Source: Candidatus Dormiibacterota bacterium (GTDB lineage: Bacteria; Chloroflexota; Dormibacteria; Aeolococcales; Aeolococcaceae). From it: a DNA stretch of 64,000 bases. Each line of letters starts with the position of its first letter. The stretch's first letter is position 1. Positions 16,915 through 26,679 of this stretch are shown in pieces. The translations under genes and the position numbers were made by a program. Location: NCBI GenBank assembly GCA_963718525.1, contig OY970355.1, positions 1,088,001 through 1,152,000 on the forward strand. The letters run 5' to 3'. Below the pieces are notes generated by a model, which was not told the DNA's origin, searched no databases, and saw only the letters and a list, made by a program, of their open reading frames with translations.

Positions 16915-18399
16915 GGCGTCCAACGCAGGATGGGGTGACGCGCGGCGCGCACCTCGTCGACCCGGCTCACCGGCGTCTCGTGGGGCGCGTTCTGTACAAA
17001 TGCCAGGTCGCGTTCCGCCTCGTCGACGATCTCCGCGCAGATGCCGGCGAAAGCGTCGAGGCTCTGCTTCGAACTCGGTCTCGGTGGGCTCGAACATCAA
17101 CGCCTCGGGAACGGTCAGCGGGAAGTAAACGGTCGGCGCATAGACACCGTAGTCCAGCAGCCGTTTGGCGACGTCCATCGCGCGCAGCCCTTCGACGCGG
17201 CCGCCCTTGGTGCTTGCCACGAATTCGTGCATGCACGGCGTCTGTACCGCCATCGCGAACAGACCGGCGAGCTTCGCCTGCAGGTAGCGTGCGTTGAGAA
17301 CGGCATCACGCGCCACCCAGGGGAGATGATCGCCGTAGGCGCGGATGTACGCATACGCTCGGACAAGCATCCCGAAGTTCCCAAAGTACGAGCGCACTTT
17401 GCCGACGCTCTTCGGACGCGCGGCGTCGAGAAAGAAACGGTCGCCGTCGCGCTCGACGGTCGGTGTCGGCAGGAAGTCGACGAGCCGCTCGCCCACCCCC
17501 ACCGGGCCCGCTCCCGGACCGCCACCGCCGTGCGGGGTCGAGAACGTCTTGTGCAGGTTGAGGTGAACAACGTCGAACCCCATGTCACCGGGTCGCGCCA
17601 TCCCGACCAGCGCGTTGAGGTTGGCGCCGTCGTAGTACACGAGCGCGCCGGCCTCATGCGCCAGCCTGGCGATCTCCACGATGTCCTTCTCGAACACGCC
17701 GAGCGTGTTGGGGTTGGTGAGCATGACGGCGGCCACGGTGGCGTCGAGGTGGCTCGAGAAATCGTCGACGTCGACGGTGCCGTCGTGGTTGCTCTTCACC
17801 GTCACGACTTCGAGGCCGCACGCGGCGGCGGACGCGGGGTTGGTGCCGTGCGCCGAGTTGGGGATGAGCACCCGGGTGCGTGCTGTGTCGCCCCGATCGG
17901 CGTGGTAGGCCTGGATCATGCGCAGACCGGTCCACTCCCCATGCGCGCCCGCCGCAGGCTGGAGTGACATGCGCGCCATTCCCGTGATCGATGCGAGCAG
18001 GCGGTCGAGCTCCCACATCAGTTCCAGGGCGCCCTGTGTGTCCTCCTCGTCCTGGTACGGATGCAGCTGCGCGAAGCCGTCGAGCCAGGCGAGCTGCTCG
18101 TCGACCACGGGGTTGTACTTCATCGTGCACGAGCCGAGCGGATACATCCCTTCGTGGAGGTTGTGATTGCGACGCGCGAGACGCCCGAAGTGGCGCGCAA
18201 GCACGGCCTCCGGAACTGCGGGCACGGTGGGCGGCGCCTTGCGCAGCAGCGCCTCGGGAACCGAAGTGGCGCCGCCGGAGACCGGGACGCCGGCTGCGGT
18301 CACCGCGGGTCCGTTCGTGTAATCGGTGCTCAGCTCGAACACGAGCGGTTCGTCGACCGCCCACCTGGCTCCGCGGTTCACGTCGGGGATGCCGTTCAT
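16911..18399 (-). CDS. gcvPB: glycine dehydrogenase (decarboxylating) subunit 2, with an apparent +1 frameshift at ~17072
   Basis: [48 protein letters not shown] (PLP Lys). Removing one A at 17072/3 restores [33 protein letters not shown], with the stop at 16911. Confidence 0.9.
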
Positions 18400-19769
18400 G
18401 CGTGCGCCATCGCAACGCTGCGCTCCGCCGCGACCACCTCAGCCGCAGCGGCAGCGTACCGGTCGATCGCCTGCGGTGACGTGAGCTCTGTGCAGCAGAC
18501 GACGAGCTCGTGGTCTCGCGTCGCGTCAATGCGACCGAGCGGCAGACCAGCCACGATGCCTCGCCGGCGCATCGCCTTCGCGAACGCGGTTGCGCTGCCT
18601 GGAGTTCGCAGCACGAACTCCCAGAGAAACGGCGTCGCCGCGTGAGTCAGCGAGAGTCCGTCAATCGCCGTGAGCCGGTCCGCAAGGTGATGCGCGCGCT
18701 GCGCGCTCACCTCGGCAACGGCGCGCATGCCACCTGCACCCATGTGCGCCATGTACACGGTGGCGGCAAGCGCGATGAGCGCGTGGTTGGTGCAGATGTT
18801 GGACGTCGCATGCTCGCGGCGGATGTGCTGCTCGCGCGCCTGCAGGGTCAGTGTGTACGCGCGCCGCTCGTCGTGGTCCAGGGTCATGCCGACGAGGCGG
18901 CCGGGGATGCGCCGCATCTGCGCTTGCGCCACCGACATGAAGCCGACATGCGGTCCACCGAACGACGCGGGGATGCCGAGGGGCTGACCGTCGCCGACGG
19001 CGACATCGAAACCGCACTCACCGGGAGACGTCAGCAACGCGCACGCATGCAGGTCGGTGGCGCAGATGGCCAGTGCGCCGGCGTCGTGAGCGGCCTGCGC
19101 AAGTGGCGCGAGGTCCTGGATGGTTCCCGCAAAGCTCGGGTACTGCACGAGCAGGGCAGCGTGGTCAGCCGTCAGTGCAGAGCGCACGGTTCCGAGCGCA
19201 AGGATGCCGTCGCCGGTCGGGATGACATCGATGCTGATGCGCCGCCCTTCGCCGAAGGTGCGCAGCACCGCGATGGTTTCCGGGTGCACGGTGTCCACGA
19301 CCGCGATGCGGGTGCGACCGGTTGCCTGCACGGCGATGACCATCGCCTCGGCTGCCGCGGTTGCCCCGTCGTAGAGCGACGCGTTCGCCACGTCGAGGCC
19401 GGTGAGCGCGCAGATCATCGACTGGAACTCGAAGATCGTCTGCAGGGTCCCCTGCGAAGCCTCGGCCTGGTAGGGGGTGTACGCCGTGTAGAACTCGGGC
19501 CGCGAGATGGTGCCGCGAACGATGGCGGGACTGAACCTCCGGTAGACACCGGCGCCGAGAAAGCTGTCGTACGTGCTCAATGACCGGTTTCGCGAAGCAA
19601 GTCGCTCGAGCTCCGCGACGAGGTCCTGCTCGGACAGCGGCGACGGGAGGTCGATCTGAGGATTGCGGAGGGCGGCCGGAATCGTGGTGAACAGGTCCGT
19701 TTCCGACGCCGCTCCCACCGCATCGAGCATCTCGCGACGTTCGGCATCGGAGTTGGGGAGATACGCCAT
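18396..19769 (-). CDS. gcvPA: glycine dehydrogenase (decarboxylating) subunit 1
   Basis: [51 protein letters not shown]. Confidence 0.95.
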   Translation of the reverse strand: MAYLPNSDAERREMLDAVGAASETDLFTTIPAALRNPQIDLPSPLSEQDLVAELERLASRNRSLSTYDSFLGAGVYRRFSPAIVRGTISRPEFYTAYTPYQAEASQGTLQTIFEFQSMICALTGLDVANASLYDGATAAAEAMVIAVQATGRTRIAVVDTVHPETIAVLRTFGEGRRISIDVIPTGDGILALGTVRSALTADHAALLVQYPSFAGTIQDLAPLAQAAHDAGALAICATDLHACALLTSPGECGFDVAVGDGQPLGIPASFGGPHVGFMSVAQAQMRRIPGRLVGMTLDHDERRAYTLTLQAREQHIRREHATSNICTNHALIALAATVYMAHMGAGGMRAVAEVSAQRAHHLADRLTAIDGLSLTHAATPFLWEFVLRTPGSATAFAKAMRRRGIVAGLPLGRIDATRDHELVVCCTELTSPQAIDRYAAAAAEVVAAERSVAMAHA

Positions 19770-19877
19770 GCTCAAAGTATGCCGGGCAGTGGGAGGCGCC
19801 CGGGAGCCGCGCCGCCGTGAGCGGGCGGATCCACGGCCGAAGGTTTGCTCAGCCGAACCGTTGGTAGACTGCATGTG

Positions 19878-20093
19878 ATGTCCAAGCGCGCTTCCACCGT
19901 TTCGATCGAGGATCTCGTCGCGGCGATCGAGACCGCCCGCGACAAGGTGATGGCCGATGAGGTCAAGAGCCTCGTCAAGCTGGGCCTCCCCAAGACCGTC
20001 GCGTACAAGATGGTCGCCGACCGGTATCGCCAGCGGGCCGAGGGTGACGACGGAGAAGCAAACTCCGCGAGCCCCTGGCCGGACATGTCCTGA
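19878..20093 (+). CDS. small hypothetical helical protein (71 aa)
   Basis: GC3-rich codon usage; TAGACT -10 lies 7 nt upstream of the ATG (leaderless pattern). Confidence 0.6.
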   Translation: MSKRASTVSIEDLVAAIETARDKVMADEVKSLVKLGLPKTVAYKMVADRYRQRAEGDDGEANSASPWPDMS

Positions 20094-20100
20094 CCCGGCG

Positions 20101-20712
20101 CTAGGCGCCGGATCCCGGGGTTGACGCGTCGCGGCTCCGCCCGCGCAGATACCAGGCCACCACCACCACGACGACGACGACCGCGATGACGATCGCGGCC
20201 GTGCCGATCGGCCCGGAAACTTTGGTGTAGTTGGCCCCCACCTCGTATCCGAGGATCGAGAGGAAGGTCACCCAGACCGTCGACCCCAGGAGGGAGAGGC
20301 CGGCGAACCAGAGGGGCTGCATCCTCGCGAGTCCCGCCGGGAACGAGATGTACGTGTGGATGACGGGCAGCATCCTGCCGAAGAAGACCGCCGCCGGCCC
20401 GTAGCGGTGAATCCACTCGTCGGCGGAATCGAGGTGCCGCTCGGAGATCCCGACGCGCCGTCCCGGCCCGAGGAGCAACGGGCGGCCGAAGCGCCGAGCG
20501 AGCCCGTATGCCAGCAGCGCCCCGAGCCAGTTGCCGGCGACCCCGGCGATGATCACGACGACGATGCTGAAGTGGCCGGCAGCGGCGAGCAGGCCTGCCA
20601 CAGGCATGATGACCTCGCTCGGGATGGGCACGCCGCAGCTGTTGACGAGCATCAGCACGAGCACGATGAAGAGCCCACCGCTGGTCACCCATTGGCCGAT
20701 GACTCCGCCCAT
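20101..20712 (-). CDS. DedA/VTT family membrane protein
   Basis: P.PSEVI...AG, YG.AR..GR, F.GR.LP....IS.PAG..RM. Confidence 0.9.
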   Translation of the reverse strand: MGGVIGQWVTSGGLFIVLVLMLVNSCGVPIPSEVIMPVAGLLAAAGHFSIVVVIIAGVAGNWLGALLAYGLARRFGRPLLLGPGRRVGISERHLDSADEWIHRYGPAAVFFGRMLPVIHTYISFPAGLARMQPLWFAGLSLLGSTVWVTFLSILGYEVGANYTKVSGPIGTAAIVIAVVVVVVVVAWYLRGRSRDASTPGSGA

Positions 20713-20743
20713 CGCCGGGATTGTGGCCTACGCTGCCGCGAGC

Positions 20744-21592
20744 ATGCGCCGCACGCTTCGGCCAACCTCGATACCTCCGTGGCCGGTGCCCTTCGATTCC
20801 AGCGCCGAGCTGGACTGGGGACGCCCCGAGTACGCGCGCCGTCTCCTGCGCGAGCATCTCGACCAGGCGCACGACGGTGCGAGCCGGCGGCGCACGGTGA
20901 TCGCCGGGCAGCTGCGCAGGCTCGGCCGGCTCCTCCCGAAGCCACCCGCTCGGATCCTCGACGCGGCGTGTGGCCCCGGCCTCTACGCGGTCCCGCTCGC
21001 GCAACTCGGCCATGAGGTCACCGGTGTCGACGTGAGCGCTGCCGCCCTCAGGCATGCGCGTGGCCTCGCGCGGGACGCCCACGTGTCCGGCCGGGCTCGC
21101 TTCGTCAAGGCGGATCTGCGTGACCTTCCCCCGTCGGGTCCCTTCGACGCGGCGCTGCTCGTGTACTTCGTCCTCGAGGCCTTCTCACGCGCCGAACAGC
21201 CGAAGGTGCTCGGGCGCATCGCCGCGGCACTCGCGCCGGACGGCGTGCTCATCGCCGAGCTGCGGCTCCGGCCCGACCAGCCCCCCGGCCGCATCGACTG
21301 GTGGGACGTGGTGCCGAGCTCGCTGCTCGCGGAGCGGCGCCATCTGCTCCTCGGCGACGCGGTCTATGACGAGCGCCGCCATACCTACGTGCTTCGCGAG
21401 GTCGCGATCTTCGATGACGGCTCGGTGTCGGTGCAGCAGACCAGCGGGTGGCTCTGCCCCTTCGGATCGATACCGCGGCTCTTCGCTCGCGCCGGCCTGT
21501 CCGACGTCACGACGTTCGACGGGTGGAGTGGCGCCCCGGCGCACGCGCTCTCCGAAACGGTGCTCGTCGTCGCGCGCCGCCGCAAGCCCTAA
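20744..21592 (+). CDS. class I SAM-dependent methyltransferase
   Basis: ILDAACGPGLY, VTGVDVS, FDAAL, L.P.G.L. Start uncertain (20744 or 20786). Confidence 0.85.
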   Translation: MRRTLRPTSIPPWPVPFDSSAELDWGRPEYARRLLREHLDQAHDGASRRRTVIAGQLRRLGRLLPKPPARILDAACGPGLYAVPLAQLGHEVTGVDVSAAALRHARGLARDAHVSGRARFVKADLRDLPPSGPFDAALLVYFVLEAFSRAEQPKVLGRIAAALAPDGVLIAELRLRPDQPPGRIDWWDVVPSSLLAERRHLLLGDAVYDERRHTYVLREVAIFDDGSVSVQQTSGWLCPFGSIPRLFARAGLSDVTTFDGWSGAPAHALSETVLVVARRRKP

Positions 21593-21666
21593 GGCGCCAA
21601 GACCCACGGTGCGAGCGGCTACCATGCGTTCTTCGGTCCGGGAGTCCTGTCTGGAGTTGATTCACC

Positions 21667-23742
21667 ATGCCGACGCCCACCCCTGATCACATCCGCACTG
21701 TCGCCGTCGTGGGACACAGCCACGACGGGAAGACGACACTGTGCGAGGCGTTGCTGCACACCGCCGGAGCAACCCAGCGCATGGGTTCGACCGAGCAGGC
21801 GACCTCGCTCTTCGACCACGAGCCCGAAGAGCAGCGCCACTCGATGAGCATCGGGCTCTCGGTCGCGCATTGCGACTGGAACGGATACCGCGTGAACCTC
21901 ATCGACGCACCAGGGTTCCAGGACTTCGCCGGCGAGGTTGTCGAGGGCCTCGCCGTCGCCGACGCGGCGGTCCTGGTGATCGCGGCCAGCGGGACGGTAC
22001 CGGTCGGCGCCGAGATGGCCTGGGAGATGATCCAGGCCGCCGGTGTTCCCGCGCTGATCGTGATCAACCGCATGGACAAGGAGAACGCCGCGTACGAGGC
22101 GACCGTTGATGCGCTTCGCGAGGCGTTCTCGCGCAAGCCGATTGCTGTCGCGGTGCCGATCGGAGCAGCCGACGGGTTCCGCGGCTACGTCGACCTGGTT
22201 GACGACCGTGCGCACGCCTTCGACGAGCATGGCAGCGCCACCGACACAGCGTTGCCCGACGAGATGAGCGCAGAGATCGAACGCGCGCATGCCGCGCTTG
22301 TCGATGCCGCCGCGGAGAGCGACGATGCGCTGCTCGAGAAGTACCTCGAGGGCACCGAGCTCACCGACGAGGAGGTGCGCACCGCGCTCCACGCGGCGAC
22401 GGCGCGGGGGTCGCTCATACCGATCGTGTGCGCATCGGCGGCCATGGAGAATGGCGCGGGTCTGGTGCTCGACAGCATCGTCCGGTATCTCCCAGGCCCG
22501 ACGGAGCGGACGCGCACGGGCCTGGATCCGAAGGGCAACGACACGACCCTCGCGTGCGACCCGGACGGGAAGCTGTGCGCGTTCGTCTTCAAGACGACCG
22601 TCGACACCTTCGGCAAGGTCTCGTTCTTCAAGGTCCTTCGCGGCACCATGCGCGGCGACAGCCATCCGATCAACCCGCGGCTTGGTCAGGACGAGCGATT
22701 CGCGCAGCTGGGACAGCCCAACGGCAAGGCGATCGTGACTGCCACCGAGGTCGTGGCGGGCGACATCGGGGTCGTCACCAAGCTCAGTCACACGCAGACC
22801 GGCGACACGCTCTGTGCGAAGGAGGTCCCGGTCGTGATGCCGCCATTGCCGTGGCCCGCGCCAAGCGCGTCCGCAGCGATCTTCGCTCGCACCAAGGGCG
22901 ACGAGGACAAGATCATGAGCGGTCTTGCGCGGCTCTCCGAAGAGGACAAGACGTTCTCGACGGATCGAGACCCGGTCACCAACGAGGTGCTCGTCCACGG
23001 CCTGGGTGACGTCCATCTCGACGTCGCCCTCGAGCGCATGAAGCGGAAGTTCGGCGTCGATGCCGAGTTGCATCCGCCTAAGATTCCGTATCGCGAGACC
23101 ATCACTGGCACCGCGCGTGTCGGCCACAAGTACAAGAAGCAGTCGGGCGGCTCCGGTCTGTACGGCGACGCGACGATCGAGATCGAGCCACTCCCCCGTG
23201 GCGGCGGCTTCGAATGGGAGGACAAGATCTTCGGCGGCTCGATCCCGCATCAGTTCCGCCCATCGGTGGAGAAGGGCGTCCGCCAGACCATGGAGCAGGG
23301 AGCGGTGACCGGCAATCCCATCGTTGACGTCAAGGTTCGTCTCGTGGACGGGTCGACCCACAGTGTCGACGGCAAGGACATCGCGTTTCAGATCGCCGGC
23401 GCCATGGCGATGCGGGAGGCGGTGCAGAAGGCGTCGCCGGTGATCCTCGAGCCGATCGTGAACGTGAGCGTCGTCGTCCCCGAGCGCTTCACCGGCGACA
23501 TCATGGGACTGCTGAACTCGAAGCGCGGTCACGTCGGCGGGGTGAACCCGCTCGGAGACGGCCGCGCTGAGGTCAACGCGCACGTTCCCCAGGCCGAGAT
23601 GTACACGTTCCCCGTCGAGTTGCGTGCCATGACCCAGGGTCGCGGCCGGTTTTCGATGGCGTTCGCCAGCTACGAGGAGGTGCCGGCGCACGTCGCTCAG
23701 AAGCTCATCGATGCACACAGCAACGAGCATCCGGCAGCATGA
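21667..23742 (+). CDS. fusA: elongation factor G-like protein (EF-G2 type paralogue)
   Basis: 691 aa five-domain EF-G architecture: GHSHDGKTT, DAPGF, NRMD, G.GDVHL, YRETI, KKQSGG.G.YG, DGS.HSVD, ILEPI, LRAMTQGRG. Located outside an rpsL-rpsG-tuf context. Confidence 0.9.
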   Translation: MPTPTPDHIRTVAVVGHSHDGKTTLCEALLHTAGATQRMGSTEQATSLFDHEPEEQRHSMSIGLSVAHCDWNGYRVNLIDAPGFQDFAGEVVEGLAVADAAVLVIAASGTVPVGAEMAWEMIQAAGVPALIVINRMDKENAAYEATVDALREAFSRKPIAVAVPIGAADGFRGYVDLVDDRAHAFDEHGSATDTALPDEMSAEIERAHAALVDAAAESDDALLEKYLEGTELTDEEVRTALHAATARGSLIPIVCASAAMENGAGLVLDSIVRYLPGPTERTRTGLDPKGNDTTLACDPDGKLCAFVFKTTVDTFGKVSFFKVLRGTMRGDSHPINPRLGQDERFAQLGQPNGKAIVTATEVVAGDIGVVTKLSHTQTGDTLCAKEVPVVMPPLPWPAPSASAAIFARTKGDEDKIMSGLARLSEEDKTFSTDRDPVTNEVLVHGLGDVHLDVALERMKRKFGVDAELHPPKIPYRETITGTARVGHKYKKQSGGSGLYGDATIEIEPLPRGGGFEWEDKIFGGSIPHQFRPSVEKGVRQTMEQGAVTGNPIVDVKVRLVDGSTHSVDGKDIAFQIAGAMAMREAVQKASPVILEPIVNVSVVVPERFTGDIMGLLNSKRGHVGGVNPLGDGRAEVNAHVPQAEMYTFPVELRAMTQGRGRFSMAFASYEEVPAHVAQKLIDAHSNEHPAA

Positions 23743-23817
23743 CGCATGCCGGCAGTCGCGACTACCCGCGCTGACCTGCGGACGGCAGCGAATTTGAATC
23801 CCGCGAAGGAGTACACC

Positions 23818-24522
23818 ATGGGCGAGACGGTCGAATTTCCCAGCAACGGACATACATGTGGCGGATATCTCGCGACGCCACCGAGCGGCAGAGGCCCCGG
23901 GGTCGTGGTCATCCAAGAGTGGTGGGGCGTCAACGCGCACATCCGCGACCTCTGTGACCGCTTCGCCACCGACGGATTCGTGGCACTCGCTCCCGACCTG
24001 TATCACGGCAAGGAGACCAAGGAGCCCGACGAGGCCGGCAAGTTGCTCATGGAACTCGATCTCGCGGAGGCCGCGCGCGACATGCTCGGTGCGGGCAAGT
24101 GGCTTGCGCAGAGCGAGCGCACGGCCGGGGATCGGGTCGGCATCGTCGGCTTCTGCATGGGCGGGGCGCTCGCCCTCTACGCCGCAACGTTGAGCGACGT
24201 CTTCGCTGCGGTTGTTCCCTTCTACCCGTACATGGGTGTGACCGCGGCGGCCAAGCCCGACGTGACCAAGATCAAAGGCGCGGTCCTCGGCCATTTCGCG
24301 GAGAAGGACGAGGCGTACACACCCCAGCAGGTCGAGGCGCTCGAGGCAGAGCTGCGCGGCGCCGGTGTCGACGTCGAGTTCTTCTGGTACCAGGGGGCCG
24401 ACCACGCGTTCTTCAACGACACCCGCCCGGAGGTCTACGACCCCGATGCTGCGCGGCTCGCGTGGGACCGCACCAGGGCGTTCTTCCGGACCCACCTGGC
24501 CACCACCGTCGCTCCGGTCTGA
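23818..24522 (+). CDS. dienelactone hydrolase family protein
   Basis: QEWWGVN, ALAPDLY, GFCMGG, HAFFND; SD AAGGAG. Confidence 0.92.
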   Translation: MGETVEFPSNGHTCGGYLATPPSGRGPGVVVIQEWWGVNAHIRDLCDRFATDGFVALAPDLYHGKETKEPDEAGKLLMELDLAEAARDMLGAGKWLAQSERTAGDRVGIVGFCMGGALALYAATLSDVFAAVVPFYPYMGVTAAAKPDVTKIKGAVLGHFAEKDEAYTPQQVEALEAELRGAGVDVEFFWYQGADHAFFNDTRPEVYDPDAARLAWDRTRAFFRTHLATTVAPV

Positions 24523-24633
24523 GCAGGTCCGAGGGAGCGCGACCGTCGCGGGGCGGGCTTGTTCGGACCGCGCCCCTTCGGAGCCCTTAGACCGCCCCGC
24601 CAGGGCCTTTTCCACCGCCTCCGGCGGAGGCCC

Positions 24634-24675
24634 GGCCTGAATTCGGCTCCAATTCAGGCCCGATGTGTCTAGAAT
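24634..24675 (+). promoter_or_regulatory. perfect 10-bp inverted repeat (putative operator) upstream of a TAGAAT -10 element for the DUF5679 gene
   Basis: GGCCTGAATT-N7-AATTCAGGCC at 24634-24660; TAGAAT at 24670-24675. Confidence 0.5.
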
Positions 24676-24733
24676 GCCCGCAACCTGCCTCCGAGCAGTC
24701 GCAGATCCACCCCCCCACCCACCGGAGGAGCAC

Positions 24734-24880
24734 ATGGCCACTGGCTATTGCCTCAAATGCAAGGAACAGCGCGAGATCAAGGGCGCTGAGGCGATCACGA
24801 TGAAGAACGGCAAACCGGCCACCACCGGGACCTGCCCCGTCTGCGGCACCAAGATCTTCAAGATCGGCAAGGCCGCCTGA
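24734..24880 (+). CDS. DUF5679-like small basic zinc-ribbon protein (48 aa)
   Basis: YCLKCK..RE......MKNG.PA..G.CPVCGTKIFKIG; strong GGAGGAG SD. Confidence 0.85.
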   Translation: MATGYCLKCKEQREIKGAEAITMKNGKPATTGTCPVCGTKIFKIGKAA

Positions 24881-25005
24881 CGTTCCTCCGCCAGGCGCCG
24901 CTTGTGGTGTCCGGCCCTGGCGAATTCGGACTGGTGACGGGGTGCATGTGCGCCCCCAAACCAACCTCGCTCTGATCCAGTACCCGCCGCCACGCGCCGG
25001 TAGGG

Positions 25006-26679
25006 TCAGGCGGCTCCGAGCAACTCCTGCTCGAGGAGATCGAGCGGCATCGAGCCCAGGTTCAGCGCATCCATGTGGAATCGCTTGAGGTCGAACCGCG
25101 ATCCGAGCCGCGCCCTGAGCTGACTGCGGATGTCCAACCAGGCTCGCTCGCCGACCTTGTAGCTGATCGCCTGGGCAGGCATCCCGCAATATCGCTCGAG
25201 CTCGCTGCGTGCGAAGCCCGGTCCCGCAAAACCGCAGTACCGGGTGACGAACGGGAGCGCCGTGTCCCAGTCCCAGACACGGCCGGGGTGGTATGCCTCG
25301 TTCTCGGGGATCGCAAGCTGGAGGTGGAGGCCGATGTCGACCACGACCCGCATGGCGCGAAACGCCTGGGACGCGAGCATCCCGAAGCGGTAGTCGGGGT
25401 TCTCGACGTAGCCGAGCTCGTGCATGAGCCGCTCGGCGTAGAGGGCCCAGCCTTCCCCGTGGCCCGAGTACGTTCCCAGCTGGCGCTGGAAGGTGCTGAG
25501 GCGCTCCTGGAACGTCATGCAGAGCCCGATCTGCAGGTGGTGGCCGGGCACCCCCTCGTGATACGCCACCGTGATCTCCGACCAGAGCGGAAACCGCGTC
25601 CGACCCTTGGCGGGATACCACGTGCGTCCGGGGCGGCTGAAGTCCGCCGAGGGTGCGGTGTAGTACATCGCAGCCGCAGTCCCGGGAGGCGCTTCACAGC
25701 ACTCGATCCGGCGTATCTGCTCCGGGATGTCGAAGTGGGACCCGTCGAGATCGGCGATGGTCCGATCAGTCAACTCCTGCAGGTGGGCGAGCAGCTTGTC
25801 GATCCCTTCGATGCTCCGGGCCGGGTCATCCTGCAGCACCTCCCGGGCGCCGTCGACACCCGCGCCGGGCGCGATCTGCTCGGCGGTCGCGGCCATCTCG
25901 GCCTCGATGCGGTGCAGCTCATCCCAGCCCCAGGCGTAGATCTCCTCGGGATCGCGGTTCATACCGAGCCACCTGCGAATCCCGATGGCGTACAGCGCAC
26001 GGCCGACCGCGTCCGTTTCGGGGGCCTGTGGCGCGTACTCGTCGCGTAGGAATCGAGCCATGGCGGCGTAAGCATCGGTGGCTACCCGGGCGCCCTTGCG
26101 GAGCCGCTCCCCGAGCGCATCGTCGTGCGCTGACTGCGCCGCGATGCGCGCGAAGTACGGCGTCTCACCGTCGCCGAGACCGGCCAGGGTCGCAGCTTGC
26201 TCGGCGCAGACCAGCGCCTGGCGGCGCGGAGCGATCCTTCCGGTCGCCAGGCCGTACCGAAGCGATGTCGTGAAGCCGTCGAGCGAGTCGGGCACCTTGC
26301 TCATTCGGGTGGCGATCCGTTCCCAGTCGTCCGGATTCTCGCCAGGACCGAGGTCGAAGGCCATCCGGATGAACGAGAGTGGCGAATCGAAGTTGGACAG
26401 CTGCCGCCACGGCGCTCCGGCCTGATACCCCTCGAGCTCGGCATCCAGGCGGTCACGCATGACGGCCGCGGCGATCCGGTCGGCGTCGTTCTCAACAGCG
26501 GCGCTGTCGAGGGCGCGGATGGTCCGGCGAGCGAGGTCGGCCCTCGCATCCACGCCCTCCGGCGAGAAGTCGGTCACCTCGTCATCGTGTCCCGGCAGCC
26601 CAAGGTCCGTGGCCGTGAAGGGGTCAAGGGCGCAGAGCTCGTCGACGTACGTGTCGGCGAGGCGGAAGACCTCGGTCAC
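25006..26679 (-). CDS. DUF885 family protein (putative metallopeptidase)
   Basis: [35 protein letters not shown]. Confidence 0.9.
   Translation of the reverse strand: MTEVFRLADTYVDELCALDPFTATDLGLPGHDDEVTDFSPEGVDARADLARRTIRALDSAAVENDADRIAAAVMRDRLDAELEGYQAGAPWRQLSNFDSPLSFIRMAFDLGPGENPDDWERIATRMSKVPDSLDGFTTSLRYGLATGRIAPRRQALVCAEQAATLAGLGDGETPYFARIAAQSAHDDALGERLRKGARVATDAYAAMARFLRDEYAPQAPETDAVGRALYAIGIRRWLGMNRDPEEIYAWGWDELHRIEAEMAATAEQIAPGAGVDGAREVLQDDPARSIEGIDKLLAHLQELTDRTIADLDGSHFDIPEQIRRIECCEAPPGTAAAMYYTAPSADFSRPGRTWYPAKGRTRFPLWSEITVAYHEGVPGHHLQIGLCMTFQERLSTFQRQLGTYSGHGEGWALYAERLMHELGYVENPDYRFGMLASQAFRAMRVVVDIGLHLQLAIPENEAYHPGRVWDWDTALPFVTRYCGFAGPGFARSELERYCGMPAQAISYKVGERAWLDIRSQLRARLGSRFDLKRFHMDALNLGSMPLDLLEQELLGAA

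Noticed and set aside
16339-18399. 686-aa GcvPB-PyrE fusion ORF
   Set aside because: It results from a single extra base at ~17072. The canonical GcvPB C-terminus and stop (16911) are intact in the adjacent frame, and pyrE has its own GTG at 16914.
21619-24741. Very long antisense ORFs (e.g. 21619-24741, 32987-35374, 27414-29315, 47976-49766)
   Set aside because: They are shadows of well-supported genes on the opposite strand, expected in high-GC DNA, and show no recognisable motifs.
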